Source: Promethearchaeota archaeon (GTDB lineage Archaea > Asgardarchaeota > Lokiarchaeia > Sigyniarchaeales > SOKP01). Taken from it: a DNA stretch of 29,918 bases. The DNA lies in NCBI GenBank assembly GCA_018238625.1, contig JABCSY010000050.1, positions 1-29,918 on the forward strand, written 5' to 3'. The notes below the pieces were generated by a model, which saw only the letters and a program-made list of their open reading frames with translations, made no database searches and was not told the origin of the DNA. Positions 1 through 10,163 of the stretch are shown piece by piece (position 1 is the stretch's first letter; the number at the start of each line of letters is the position of its first letter). The translations under genes and the position numbers were made by a program.

Positions 1-885
1 AACATAATCAATTCCTACAAGATTCACTATATAATCGAGGTGATCAAGCCAATCAGCTATAGTGGTTGTTGCGTTGCTCGTTAAAAACCCCGGAACGGCA
101 TACACGCCTATATATCCACCTTTTTCCGCAAGAGCTTTGAGAAAATCGTCGTCTTTTCCTCTTGCATGTTCGTATAAATTTTTTGCCGATGTGTGAGAAG
201 CTATAATCGGGTCTTTAGAGTTCTCTAAAGCATCTATTGATGTTTGAGGCCCACAATGAGAGATATCAACAATTGCTCCAAGCTCATTAATCTTGTGAAC
301 AACCTCGATGCCAAATTCTGTTAATCCTCTATCTCTTACTGCTATACATCCAGTTCCAATCGCAATTTTTTTGTTATAGGTAAGTTGCATTATTCTGAAT
401 CCTTGCATATAATTGAGCTCAACCATGTTAATATCTCTACCGATGTGTTGCATGCTTTGAACATTTAAAATAATACCTTTTTTTCCCTCTTTATGCGCTC
501 TTTCAATATCTGCTCCCTTTAATACTTTAACAAACAAATCTGGTCGATTATCCAACATATATGTCATATAAGAGAAGTTATGAAAAACACCATCAAAGGA
601 ATAAGGTTTTGAATGCATAGGTCCAAGCGTCCAACTTACGCAAGTCACTCCAGATTCTTTCCATGCTTCGACATATTTAGAATCGTATTCATCGTCATTA
701 ACCACATTTCTCGCAAATTGTAATATTAAAATAGGGATTATATCCCAGGGATTCATCCCTTGAGCTAACATCTTATCGTTAGCCTTAATAATGTCATCTG
801 ACCATAATAGAGGACCATGACTAAGAGTATCGATGATGATGCTTGACTCTAAGATTTCATTTAACCTATTATTTTTTTCTTTCAT
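1..885 (-). CDS. Membrane/renal dipeptidase family (peptidase M19), 3' end runs off the window
   Basis: Hand translation from ATG 885: MKEKNNRLNEILESSIIIDTLSH...MQLTYN...IVDISHCG...IIASHT...HARGKDDDFLKALAEKGGYIGV...DHLDYIVNLVGIDYV. Open for 295 codons to the window edge, with an AAAGGTGG SD-like site upstream. Absent from the ORF track because there is no stop in the window. Confidence 0.88.
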   Translation of the reverse strand, partial: MKEKNNRLNEILESSIIIDTLSHGPLLWSDDIIKANDKMLAQGMNPWDIIPILILQFARNVVNDDEYDSKYVEAWKESGVTCVSWTLGPMHSKPYSFDGVFHNFSYMTYMLDNRPDLFVKVLKGADIERAHKEGKKGIILNVQSMQHIGRDINMVELNYMQGFRIMQLTYNKKIAIGTGCIAVRDRGLTEFGIEVVHKINELGAIVDISHCGPQTSIDALENSKDPIIASHTSAKNLYEHARGKDDDFLKALAEKGGYIGVYAVPGFLTSNATTTIADWLDHLDYIVNLVGIDYV

Positions 886-966
886 AATACCACCTTTGTT
901 TTATGTATTATATAAAATTATTATGTAAATTCCAAAATAAATTAAAAAAAAATATGAACTTTTAAG

Positions 967-1815
967 TTATGAATGTTTTTTGATCCATTCAATAAGTTTT
1001 TTATTAAACTCATCTGGTTCTTCAAGCTGAGGAGTATGTCCACTTTTTTCGAATAGATAGTAAGATAATTTTGGCAATTTTTCTATCTCAGCGTCCCATT
1101 GAAAGTGAGGAACCATATAGTCGTGCTTACCCATCGCAACAAATATGGGTATATTATTCAGATTTGAATCTTTTGCTATATCGTAAGTTTTAAAAAGCAA
1201 TCCTTCTAATTTGCCAGCTATTTTTGCGTTTACCTTTACACCCCCCCAAATCCATGAACAATCGTATTTAGGATCATACCAATAAAATGGAGCGTTATTA
1301 ACGTAATTCTGAATCATCATCTCGCCATGAGATAGATCTCTAAGATCCTCCATTTTTTGTCTCTCCAATAATTGTTTATGAATATCTTTTCTTTCTTCGG
1401 ATGCGTTGTTTGTCCAGTGTTGCCTAGAAGCTTTGAGATTTTTGCGCATACCGTTCGGTGGTGATCCAATCACGATGACATGAGATGTGTATTGAGGATA
1501 TTTACGAGCATATTCAAGAGCTAGATTCCCATGTATAGAGTGTCCTAATACACAAATTTTTGGAATGTCTAGAGCTTTGCGAATCTGTTCAGCATCGTCT
1601 ATAAACATATCCACGGTAATTTTCTCTAAATTAACTGGAGTATCTGTAGGAACAAAGCCTCTATTATCCGTAAAAATGAATTTGAAATGTTGTCTTAATT
1701 CTTGAGAGAACGTACGAGGATAATAAATCGCTGAACCTATAACCAAACATGGAATTCCACTTCCTTCTATTACATACGACAATTTATAACCGTCTACAGA
1801 AACGAAATTTGACAT
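967..1815 (-). CDS. Alpha/beta fold hydrolase (proline iminopeptidase-like)
   Basis: DNRGF, nucleophile elbow VLGHSIHG, GKHD acid residue, catalytic His in SGHTPQLEEP. Confidence 0.85.
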   Translation of the reverse strand: MSNFVSVDGYKLSYVIEGSGIPCLVIGSAIYYPRTFSQELRQHFKFIFTDNRGFVPTDTPVNLEKITVDMFIDDAEQIRKALDIPKICVLGHSIHGNLALEYARKYPQYTSHVIVIGSPPNGMRKNLKASRQHWTNNASEERKDIHKQLLERQKMEDLRDLSHGEMMIQNYVNNAPFYWYDPKYDCSWIWGGVKVNAKIAGKLEGLLFKTYDIAKDSNLNNIPIFVAMGKHDYMVPHFQWDAEIEKLPKLSYYLFEKSGHTPQLEEPDEFNKKLIEWIKKHS

Positions 1816-2030
1816 TTTTATTTCACTTTTAATCTATATTTTAGTTTAAACTCGGAATTGTTATCAAATAATTACATGAACGATTAATATATATTTTAGT
1901 TTTTTTTTATAATCCTAAGGATAATATCGTAGCGTGAAATTCCTTTTTTCTTATGTTTCGATTATTTCTTCAAGTTTAGAAATGTTTATATTTATGAAAA
2001 TTAGATAGAATTCTATAATAAAAAAAAATT

Positions 2031-2723
2031 GTGAGAATTATGGCGGATCCTCAAGTTATGATGGAGATGACATTCAGTGTTATCTATTTAGTTTATATCT
2101 GTGTTATAGTAATTCTAATGTCAAAAAACATAAAAAATGTAAATCAAAAAGAAATCCCTACAGCAAAAAGAATATTATTAGCATTTTTAGCGCTACTTAT
2201 AGGTGATTTAGGGCATGTAGGTGCTCGATTAATCGATTTTATCTCTGTAGAGGTAGAAACGAATTATTTTATTTTAGGAATCGGATCTCTCTTTGAAATG
2301 GTTGGTTTAATCTTTCTTTTTATGCTTTTCACAGACGCTTGGCGGGTACATTTTGATCGTCCGAAAAATTTACTGTTTAAAGTATTAATTGGTATTGGAA
2401 TAGTTGGATTGATTATATTTGTATTTCCTCAAAATCAATGGACAGCTCAATCAAGTCCTTACGAATGGGTAGTAATCCGAAACATTCCATGGTTGATACA
2501 AGGAGTAGCGTTGTCAATATTAATCTATCGAGACGCAAAGGCGGTTGATGATAAAAAATTAGTTAGAATTGGAATTTACATCTTTATTTCGTATTTTTTC
2601 TACATGCCAGTGATCTTTTTTGGAGAGTTAGTCCCAATGCTTGGAATGCTCATGATAATAGGGACAATTGTTTTTATGTTGTGGCAATATACGTCTTATA
2701 GTCGCTTTTTCAAGAAGAAATAA
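2031..2723 (+). CDS. Hypothetical 7-TM integral membrane protein (start may be ATG 2040)
   Basis: Seven hydrophobic segments; polar intramembrane motifs GDLGHVGAR, RNIPW, FYMPV. Confidence 0.75.
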   Translation: MRIMADPQVMMEMTFSVIYLVYICVIVILMSKNIKNVNQKEIPTAKRILLAFLALLIGDLGHVGARLIDFISVEVETNYFILGIGSLFEMVGLIFLFMLFTDAWRVHFDRPKNLLFKVLIGIGIVGLIIFVFPQNQWTAQSSPYEWVVIRNIPWLIQGVALSILIYRDAKAVDDKKLVRIGIYIFISYFFYMPVIFFGELVPMLGMLMIIGTIVFMLWQYTSYSRFFKKK

Positions 2724-2801
2724 TAATAAATTAAAAAGATTTCTAATAATTTTTTTCATTAATTTTTTTCAGCTTTCAAATTAAAAAAGAACGAAAAAGA
2801 C

Positions 2802-3707
2802 TTAAGAAATTAAAGTGTTTACAATTTCGTCAAAATACTTGAAAATCGTGGAGTAGTGCCCATCATTTGGATAAAATTTTCCTTCACAATTTGGAATTGC
2901 TTTACACACACCACGACCCATAGCAACAGGCACAACTTCGTCCACTTCTCCATGCCATAAATACACTTTAAGTTTCGGAGATATTTTTTCAAGGCTAAAA
3001 CCCCAATGCTTTGCGTATAATTTCCCTTCGTAAATTGCTCCTTTATTTCCTTGACGAAATGCTTCTGCGCTTTCTTTTATAAAAAGAGGAAGCAAATTAG
3101 GATCTTCCATAACTTTCCTATCTGGTTTTGGAAATTTTTTAATAGTTTTCCTCATTTTCCTTTCTGCTTTTTCTAAATCTTTCAACCCTCGAGATTGAAA
3201 AAATATTATCAATTTAAAAAGCCATGGCATTCTTCGAATAACAAAAGATAATCTGCGAATACTTTTCATTTCTTCTTCTACTTCAAGATCTATTGGTCCT
3301 AAACCGCTTATAATACCACAAGTCGTTAAGCGATCAGGAATTTTATATGCACACGCTGCAGCATATGGACCGCCGCCCGATATTCCTTCAATAGCAAATT
3401 TTCCTATTCCTAAAGCGTTAGCTAGCTCAACTACATCATCTGGCCAATCTAAAATAGTACGATCTTTTTTGAAATCTGAAAGCCCCATGCCTGGTCTATC
3501 GATTCCAATAAGTCTAATATTATTTTGAACGACTCTATCCGCAAAAATAGCAGCTTCTAAACGAGAACCTGGAAAACCATGGAAGTGAAACAATGGTTTT
3601 GCTTCTGGATTACCTAAATCTGCGTAACCAAGGTTCCTTCCGTCTTTTAACTTAATAGTTTGATTAACCGCGACATTTTGTATTTTTTCGAGTTTCTTAT
3701 TTGTCAT
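2802..3707 (-). CDS. Alpha/beta fold hydrolase
   Basis: LKDGRNLGY, FHGFPGSR, DRPGMGLSD, GISGGGPY nucleophile, LWHGEVD, DGHYS. Confidence 0.9.
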   Translation of the reverse strand: MTNKKLEKIQNVAVNQTIKLKDGRNLGYADLGNPEAKPLFHFHGFPGSRLEAAIFADRVVQNNIRLIGIDRPGMGLSDFKKDRTILDWPDDVVELANALGIGKFAIEGISGGGPYAAACAYKIPDRLTTCGIISGLGPIDLEVEEEMKSIRRLSFVIRRMPWLFKLIIFFQSRGLKDLEKAERKMRKTIKKFPKPDRKVMEDPNLLPLFIKESAEAFRQGNKGAIYEGKLYAKHWGFSLEKISPKLKVYLWHGEVDEVVPVAMGRGVCKAIPNCEGKFYPNDGHYSTIFKYFDEIVNTLIS

Positions 3708-3807
3708 AACTCTTCAAAATCTTCCTTATAAATTTTATATTGTTATAATCTTAAAGACTTATAAAGCTTAACACCTAACTGAATATATTTAAAAAAAAAA
3801 GCACCAA

Positions 3808-5268
3808 ATGACTAACATGGTAAGCAGTAACGAGAATAATTTCTTAAATAACCTAGATCTATTAAAGCAAGGGCGTAAAGTCCCAGTTAAAAATAAGTTA
3901 TCAATAGGCGTTGTACAGATGGCAATTACAATGCTTACAACGGTTATTAGTATCTATCTGTTCAGATATAATGTCAATATAATAGGATTGAAATTAGAAT
4001 ATTACATCTTGGTAAATCTTATTTTTTTGTTTTGGAACACATTAAACGATTTAATCTTTGGAATTTACGCAGATCGCACTGAACATCGACTTGGTAGGCG
4101 CCTCCCTTATATACGCTACGGAGCGCTATTCGTTGCAATAACTTTTATCTTTTTTTGGTTTCCTTTACCTGGTACAGCACCAGGTGATACTAATACAGGT
4201 CAGATAATGAAATTTTTGCAATTATTAATAGCATTATTCGCTTACGATACTGTTATAACGATCATATGGATGTCATTCAATGCTTTAGTGTTGGAATTAA
4301 CAGAAAGTCAACAAGAGCGTACAAGTATAGCACTTTACCAAAATATATTTAATGCATTTGGAGGAATGGGTATTATATTTGTTCCATTTTTGTTCAGTCT
4401 TGGGTTAGAAGTCTTTAGATTTTTTATAATAATTTTAGGAATAACAGCTGCGACGTTATACTTTATTAGTTCTTATTTGCTTAAAGAGCGTGAAAGTTGG
4501 CATCAGGATATTAATGAAGATAAACCATTAAATATACTAAAAGATATGTTTAAGCTTTTTGTAAATAAAGCATTTCTCGCAAGTTTATTTTTTAGTATTT
4601 CCATTTGGTTTTCACAGGGAATGGTGATGCAATATGCCAGCGTTATGGGGTATGTTTTAAAACAAGATGGATTTGAAATGGTTATTAACGGAATTTACTA
4701 CGCTTGTACTTATCCGTTCTATTTAATTCTCCATTACTTAGCAAAAAAGATGAAAATTGAAAAGCTCATAGTAAGAATATCTTTAACATGTTTGATTGCA
4801 ATTTCAATACTATTTATAATTGATTTAATTTTTAATATTCCTGTACTATATCTAATAATAATTGGTTTTTCGGGAATCATTTTTTCATTTGCTCTCTATG
4901 ACTTCGTAATATTTTCGAATGTTATTGATTTAGAAGAAACACGCTCTGGCAAAAGAAAAGAAGCACAATATGGCGCTAGTAGAGCTTTAATAGCTATACC
5001 TATAGCACAATTTGTTGGAATTATTGGAACGCTTATATTATTGGCGTTTAATTATCAAGCAGGCGTAGATTCGTACTTATATCAACCAGATTCGGCAATA
5101 TTTGGCATAAAAATATTAATTGCCGTCATACCAATCATTTGTTCGTGTTTAATTATATTGACTCAAATTATTAATCCTTTAAAAGGAGAGAATTTAGCGG
5201 ATATGAAGAAGAAACTTTTAAGAATTCACGAGGAAAAAGAAAATAAATATGACCTAAAAAATAATTAA
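3808..5268 (+). CDS. MFS transporter, GPH (glycoside-pentoside-hexuronide, MelB-like) family
   Basis: ~12 TM; WNTLNDLIFGIYADRT..RLGRRLPY, ALVLELTESQQERT, DLEETRSGKRKEAQY. Confidence 0.88.
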   Translation: MTNMVSSNENNFLNNLDLLKQGRKVPVKNKLSIGVVQMAITMLTTVISIYLFRYNVNIIGLKLEYYILVNLIFLFWNTLNDLIFGIYADRTEHRLGRRLPYIRYGALFVAITFIFFWFPLPGTAPGDTNTGQIMKFLQLLIALFAYDTVITIIWMSFNALVLELTESQQERTSIALYQNIFNAFGGMGIIFVPFLFSLGLEVFRFFIIILGITAATLYFISSYLLKERESWHQDINEDKPLNILKDMFKLFVNKAFLASLFFSISIWFSQGMVMQYASVMGYVLKQDGFEMVINGIYYACTYPFYLILHYLAKKMKIEKLIVRISLTCLIAISILFIIDLIFNIPVLYLIIIGFSGIIFSFALYDFVIFSNVIDLEETRSGKRKEAQYGASRALIAIPIAQFVGIIGTLILLAFNYQAGVDSYLYQPDSAIFGIKILIAVIPIICSCLIILTQIINPLKGENLADMKKKLLRIHEEKENKYDLKNN

Positions 5269-5325
5269 AACACAGCCATTCAAGATTACAACGATTAATG
5301 CGATTATTTCTCCAAGGATATAAAA

Positions 5326-6228
5326 TTAATTGATGAGTCGATCAACAAGTAGATTTTTAAAAGCTTGGACATCTTTCCAAGAAGTTGCACAACGTATCAA
5401 ATTTCCTCTCTCGCTAATTTGAGTTGAGCCGCGATCAGTGATCTCAATTTTTAATTCTTCAATGTTTAGCAATTCTTCAGAGAAACCGAGATAGATAGCC
5501 ACTGTGTCAAATAGGACCGAAGTCTCATTTTTTTTTGTCAATATTAATTTAGGTATGATTTTTTTTTTCCATATCTCAAAATTTTCTTTGATTGATCTAA
5601 CTATTAAATTGTCGCACTTCATGATGCGCTCGAAGATCGACCCCGAGAGCACGATATTTCCACACGTATCCAATGGCGTAATTGTCTTTTCCCAAGGCGC
5701 TTGGAAAACAGCTCTAGATGCCTTAATACTCTTTTTCACATTATATTCCCGGGAAGGTGAGTTTGATCCTCTGTATCCAATGCGAATACTCCCGTGCATC
5801 CCTACAAACCGAGAATTCTCAGTAATATTTGGATTCATTTTAAGCGCTCCTGCAACAGTTCCTAAGGGTCCAATGGCGATGAGTGTTAAAGGCTCAGGAG
5901 AGTCCATTATTGTGGAACAAAGAACCTCCATACCGTTCTCGTGAACCGTACCGGGATATCTTGACATCTCATAATCCTTAATCCAAGGATACAACCAACC
6001 TTTTTTACGATTTTCTTGAGGTCCAATCCCTATAGGAATGTCTGTTCGACCCACAATTTCGAGAAATTTAGCAACAAGCTTAGCTTTTAGCGGGGTATTG
6101 TCAGTTGATGTAGTGATTAATTTAACATCTATTTCAGGGCACTTTAATAATAAGCCTAAAGCCCAAGTGTCGTCAATATCTAACCCTATATCGGTGTCAA
6201 GAATTACAGGAATTTTTTTGTCATTCAT
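5326..6228 (-). CDS. Nucleoside hydrolase (inosine-uridine preferring family)
   Basis: N-terminal ILDTDIGLDIDD Asp cluster, LIAIGPL, EYNV, TPLD, FDTVA. Confidence 0.88.
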   Translation of the reverse strand: MNDKKIPVILDTDIGLDIDDTWALGLLLKCPEIDVKLITTSTDNTPLKAKLVAKFLEIVGRTDIPIGIGPQENRKKGWLYPWIKDYEMSRYPGTVHENGMEVLCSTIMDSPEPLTLIAIGPLGTVAGALKMNPNITENSRFVGMHGSIRIGYRGSNSPSREYNVKKSIKASRAVFQAPWEKTITPLDTCGNIVLSGSIFERIMKCDNLIVRSIKENFEIWKKKIIPKLILTKKNETSVLFDTVAIYLGFSEELLNIEELKIEITDRGSTQISERGNLIRCATSWKDVQAFKNLLVDRLIN

Positions 6229-6238
6229 TTTTGCTATC

Positions 6239-7294
6239 CTAATACAGAATGTCTCGTTTAATTTCTTTTAAATTCTGACAATTGGTCATTTTCATTGCTT
6301 TCGCTAATGTTTTCTGCATATATTCCATTTGAATACGCACGCCTTCTATTCCAGCACCAACAGCAGCCCTAACGACATCACGACCGATCAATGCGGCTTC
6401 TGCACCAAGGGCGAGCATTTTAAGGACATCATATCCAGTTCGAACTCCCCCATCTACAATAATTCTAATTTTTCCCCTTAATTCAGCTGCAATTTCAGGA
6501 AGCACTTCTGCCGTTCCAGGAGTATGATCTAAAACTCTTCCCCCGTGATTAGAGACAACTATAGCTGCTGCTCCTGCATCTTTTGCAGCAATAGCATCTT
6601 CTACACACATAATTCCTTTTACGATTACGGGTAGTTTTGTTGATGATACTAATTCTTTAAGGTCATCAATATTTTTCTTAAAAACAGGTTTATTATGTTT
6701 ACTCATAGCATAGGACCCACAACCGTCAATATCTACGCCTACAGCTACACTTCCCGCTTTTTCAGCTTTCTTAAAGAATTCGATAATTACTTCTTGTTCT
6801 CTTGGTTTTACAATTTTAACCCCCAATCCCCCAGCTTCAGCAATTGCATCAATCCCGTATGAGTTATCGAGCGAATATGTATATGTGTCGCCCCGCCAAC
6901 CTAATGTTCTCGCAGCCTTACACCCAAGAACTACGGACCGACAAAACTCTTTTTCTGAAATTACATTTTCGCCACCAAAACTATTTACTCCCGCTATACT
7001 CGCCCCCATTATCGGCATTGAAAGTTTAGTTCCAAAGAAATCGTATTTAGTATCCGCTTTAAAATGGTCTCCCATTACTTTCATTTTTAACCTTAATTTT
7101 TTTAGCGCCAGAACATTATTATTAAAAGAAGCTCCAGTACCTATTCCTCCAAAACCTAGGGGTCTTCCATAACTCTGACCTTGACAAATTCGCATTGCGT
7201 CCCCATCGCATATTTTATATACGCCACACACGCCCATGAGCTTCTTCTGAGCTTCTTTTCGAACCTCAGTTAAAGTTTTTTCTTCTGATGTCAC
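6239..7294 (-). CDS. FMN-dependent alpha-hydroxy-acid dehydrogenase/oxidase (L-lactate dehydrogenase/glycolate oxidase family)
   Basis: LPVIVKGI, IVVSNHGGRVLD, VDGGVRTGYDVLKMLALGA, IGR; N-terminal Cys-rich segment CGVYKIC...C. Confidence 0.9.
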   Translation of the reverse strand: MTSEEKTLTEVRKEAQKKLMGVCGVYKICDGDAMRICQGQSYGRPLGFGGIGTGASFNNNVLALKKLRLKMKVMGDHFKADTKYDFFGTKLSMPIMGASIAGVNSFGGENVISEKEFCRSVVLGCKAARTLGWRGDTYTYSLDNSYGIDAIAEAGGLGVKIVKPREQEVIIEFFKKAEKAGSVAVGVDIDGCGSYAMSKHNKPVFKKNIDDLKELVSSTKLPVIVKGIMCVEDAIAAKDAGAAAIVVSNHGGRVLDHTPGTAEVLPEIAAELRGKIRIIVDGGVRTGYDVLKMLALGAEAALIGRDVVRAAVGAGIEGVRIQMEYMQKTLAKAMKMTNCQNLKEIKRDILY

Positions 7295-7329
7295 ATCTCC
7301 ACATCCATTTTTATATCAATTTTTTAGGG

Positions 7330-8709
7330 CTAAACCATTTTTTTAGGGTCTAAAAGCTCGTCCATGTTATCTATCTTTAATCCCATTTCTTTAATTACTA
7401 CTTTACAGGTTTTGCCTTCCTTATACGCCCTTTGGGCAATTTCTGAACATTTATCGTACCCTATTATTGGTGATAAATTAGTAACAATCATTAACATTTG
7501 GTCTAAATTCATATCGATTTGTTTAGTGTTTGCTTTTAAGCCAATTAAGCAATTACTAATAAAAGAATTAATACCCCCTATTAAAATTTCTATTGATTCA
7601 AGAACATTTACAATCATTACGGGCTTACTCATGTTCAAATCTAAGATGCTTCCATACATTTCTCCACTTGTAACAACAGAGTCATTTCCAATCACTTGAA
7701 GACATACTTGAATCAGAGCTTCAGATTGAGTAGGATTGATTTTCCCAGGCATAATAGACGATCCTGGTTCGTTTTGGGGTAAGACCAATTCCGATAGACC
7801 TGTTCTTGGACCACTACCCATCCATCGAATGTCGTTTGCCATTTTTAAAAGCGATAAAGCTAAAAGTCTTAAACTACTGCTAGCATACGCTATAGTATTA
7901 TGCGAAGATATTCCCTCTGCTTTTATAGGATTGATTTTAAAAGATAAGGAAGTTATTTTTGAAAGATGGTTTACAGTCAATTTATCAAAATCTTTATGAG
8001 CATTTAAACCAGTACCTAAGGCTGTGCCACCTATAGGGATGAATAATAATTCATCAATTACATGTCTTAATCGCTCTATGTTAATTTCGATTTGTCTTTT
8101 GTATACTTTAAATTCAAGTGATAGAGGTATTGGGACGGCATCTTGTAAGTGTGTTCTTCCTACTTTAACGATTTCTTCAAATTCTTCGATTTTAACACTT
8201 AAGGTTTCTACTAATTTGTTTAAGACCGGAATTAACTTCTTTAACATATGTACAGTAGATATATGCATAGAAGTGGGTATCACATCGTTAGAAGATTGGC
8301 TCTTATTTACGTGATCATTTGGATGGATCGGATGCTTCTTACCCATGGGAAATCCCAAGATTTGAGAGGCTCTATTAGCTAGCACTTCATTCATGTTCAT
8401 GTTTGTTTGAGTTCCACTTCCTGTTTGATAAATATCAATTGGAAATTGATCTAAAAGCTTATTTTCGTTCAATATTTCGTTAACTGCTTGGAGAATGGCG
8501 TCTCCTATTTCTTTATCAAGAAATCCTAATTCTTTATTTGCCAACAGACACGCTTTTTTAATCTGTCCTAACGAAACGATAAATATCTTAGGGAATTTTT
8601 TTCCACTTATTTGAAAATTTTGGATTGCTCTTTGAGTATTTATCCCCCAATAAACATCACTTGGAACTTCTAATTCCCCTAGGACATCTTTTTCAGTTCT
8701 AAAACTCAT
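7330..8709 (-). CDS. fumC: Fumarate hydratase class II
   Basis: QTGSGTQTNMNMNEV, HPNDHVNKSQSSND, GRTHLQDA, GSSIMPGKINP signature. Confidence 0.93.
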   Translation of the reverse strand: MSFRTEKDVLGELEVPSDVYWGINTQRAIQNFQISGKKFPKIFIVSLGQIKKACLLANKELGFLDKEIGDAILQAVNEILNENKLLDQFPIDIYQTGSGTQTNMNMNEVLANRASQILGFPMGKKHPIHPNDHVNKSQSSNDVIPTSMHISTVHMLKKLIPVLNKLVETLSVKIEEFEEIVKVGRTHLQDAVPIPLSLEFKVYKRQIEINIERLRHVIDELLFIPIGGTALGTGLNAHKDFDKLTVNHLSKITSLSFKINPIKAEGISSHNTIAYASSSLRLLALSLLKMANDIRWMGSGPRTGLSELVLPQNEPGSSIMPGKINPTQSEALIQVCLQVIGNDSVVTSGEMYGSILDLNMSKPVMIVNVLESIEILIGGINSFISNCLIGLKANTKQIDMNLDQMLMIVTNLSPIIGYDKCSEIAQRAYKEGKTCKVVIKEMGLKIDNMDELLDPKKMV

Positions 8710-8921
8710 TTAATTCCATCATTATTTTCCTTTTTAATAATGTAGAATGGATAAGATAATTAAAAAAAGTTTATACTAATATTTTATAATCTCATTATTT
8801 AGGTTGACTCAAGAATGATTAATTTTCCAAATGGATTTATATGAATTTATTATAAATATAATTAGAGATATTACAATTTATCTATAAGAAAAGGCTTACA
8901 AACAAAAAGAGAATAAAAAAA

Positions 8922-9221
8922 ATGGATTCTGAATCTACTAACAACGAAAAGGAATTAATCTCTAGGAATCATCTATTCCTACTAAGAAAACAAAAAGTTC
9001 AAAAAGAGATAGAAGCTGCAAGGAGACTTATTGAAAAAAATGTCGACATTCTTGAAATAGCAGATAAATTTATACACAGTACTTTTGAATTAATGAGAGA
9101 TGGAATCTATAATAGGAATGTCGATTTAACTGAAGAAGAAATTCAAGAACAAATTAGAAATAATCTATCTTTTAAAGAGAAACTTAAAGCTACTAAAAAG
9201 AGGTATAATCATCTTGGCTGA
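8922..9221 (+). CDS. Small charged helical hypothetical protein, putative antitoxin partner of the downstream nucleotidyltransferase
   Basis: 99 aa; 8-nt overlap with the next gene; two-gene arrangement typical of TA pairs. Confidence 0.6.
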   Translation: MDSESTNNEKELISRNHLFLLRKQKVQKEIEAARRLIEKNVDILEIADKFIHSTFELMRDGIYNRNVDLTEEEIQEQIRNNLSFKEKLKATKKRYNHLG

Positions 9222-9795
9222 AATAGAAAAGATTTTATCTCGTCTAGAAATTATCTTCAAAGCCACAAAGCTTAAATATGTTATTGTAGGAGGAATTGCC
9301 GTAATCCACTATGGCCATGTAAGAGCAACTCAAGATATTGATATCATTATCGAAGATGACTACTCAAAGATTTCTCAATTTATGGGATTACTTAAAGCTT
9401 ATGAATTTAATGTAATGGATGATCAATTTAAATTAGCTTATCAAGAAAAGACTAATATATCTATATTTGACAAAAATAGTTTTTTAAGGTTAGATATAAA
9501 AGTTGCTGATAAGGAGCGGGAGCGTGAAGTATTAAGTCATGCTAAAAAAGAAAAGATTCTAGGAAAAGAAATATTTATTGCACCTTTAGAATATGTTTTA
9601 ATTGGTAAATTAATATACATGGGATTAATTGATGATATACCCAATTCTGAATTACTAGAATATCAAGATGTCGTTGATTTTTTGACGTTATTTCATGCAA
9701 ATAAGGAGAAAATTGATTTAACCTTTTTAATTAATAAAGCTAAGCAAATAGGACTTAAAACTACACTTGATAGACTATTTTCAATAGATATTTAG
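9214..9795 (+). CDS. Nucleotidyltransferase (DUF6036/AbiEii-like, Pol-beta superfamily)
   Basis: VIVGGIAV..YGHVRATQDIDIII motif, RLDI, PLEYVLIGKL and late D..D; TTG start with GAGGT upstream. Confidence 0.8.
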   Translation: MAEIEKILSRLEIIFKATKLKYVIVGGIAVIHYGHVRATQDIDIIIEDDYSKISQFMGLLKAYEFNVMDDQFKLAYQEKTNISIFDKNSFLRLDIKVADKEREREVLSHAKKEKILGKEIFIAPLEYVLIGKLIYMGLIDDIPNSELLEYQDVVDFLTLFHANKEKIDLTFLINKAKQIGLKTTLDRLFSIDI

Positions 9796-10041
9796 TTTGG
9801 TAACCTAGATCTAATTAAAAAGGAATTAGTACGCGATGGTTACCCCATATTCGGTGTAGAGTTTCCTAATCCAAATTTTGCCCAGTTTGCTGAATCATGT
9901 AACGGATTTGGAATAAGAGTAGAGATGCCTGACGAACTAGATGAAGCACTGCAAAACGCTCTAAGCTCTGGGAAGCCCTCTATTGTAGAGATAATCTCTG
10001 ACCCTGATAAAACAGCTGCGTCGACAAAAAAAGTAGAATAA
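9796..10041 (+). pseudogene. C-terminal remnant of a thiamine-pyrophosphate enzyme (pyruvate oxidase/acetolactate synthase family)
   Basis: Startless frame FGNLDLIKKELVRDGYPIFGVEFPNPNFAQFAESCNGFGIRVEMPDELDEALQNALSSGKPSIVEIISDP...VE* matches the TPP_enzyme_C tail (NPDFA..A...G..G..V....EL..AL..A...P..VE...DP); lacks the GDG...NN motif. Confidence 0.8.
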
Positions 10042-10163
10042 AAAAAATTATTAAATTATATTTGTTTTTCACTCATCCAATTATCTCGAATGTCCTTGAT
10101 AATAAGAACTCACGCGTTTTAAAATTAAAAAAAAAATTATTTTATTTTAATTAACTTCAATGG

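Noticed and set aside
2031-2723. Schizorhodopsin or heliorhodopsin
   Set aside because: No retinal-binding Lys (DxxxK/SxxxK) in TM7 and no RYxxW/RWxEY motif in TM3.
9793-9795. Pyrrolysine/amber recoding
   Set aside because: TAG is an ordinary stop for fumC, sucC and idh here, and the downstream fragment lacks the TPP-binding motif, so a fusion makes little functional sense.
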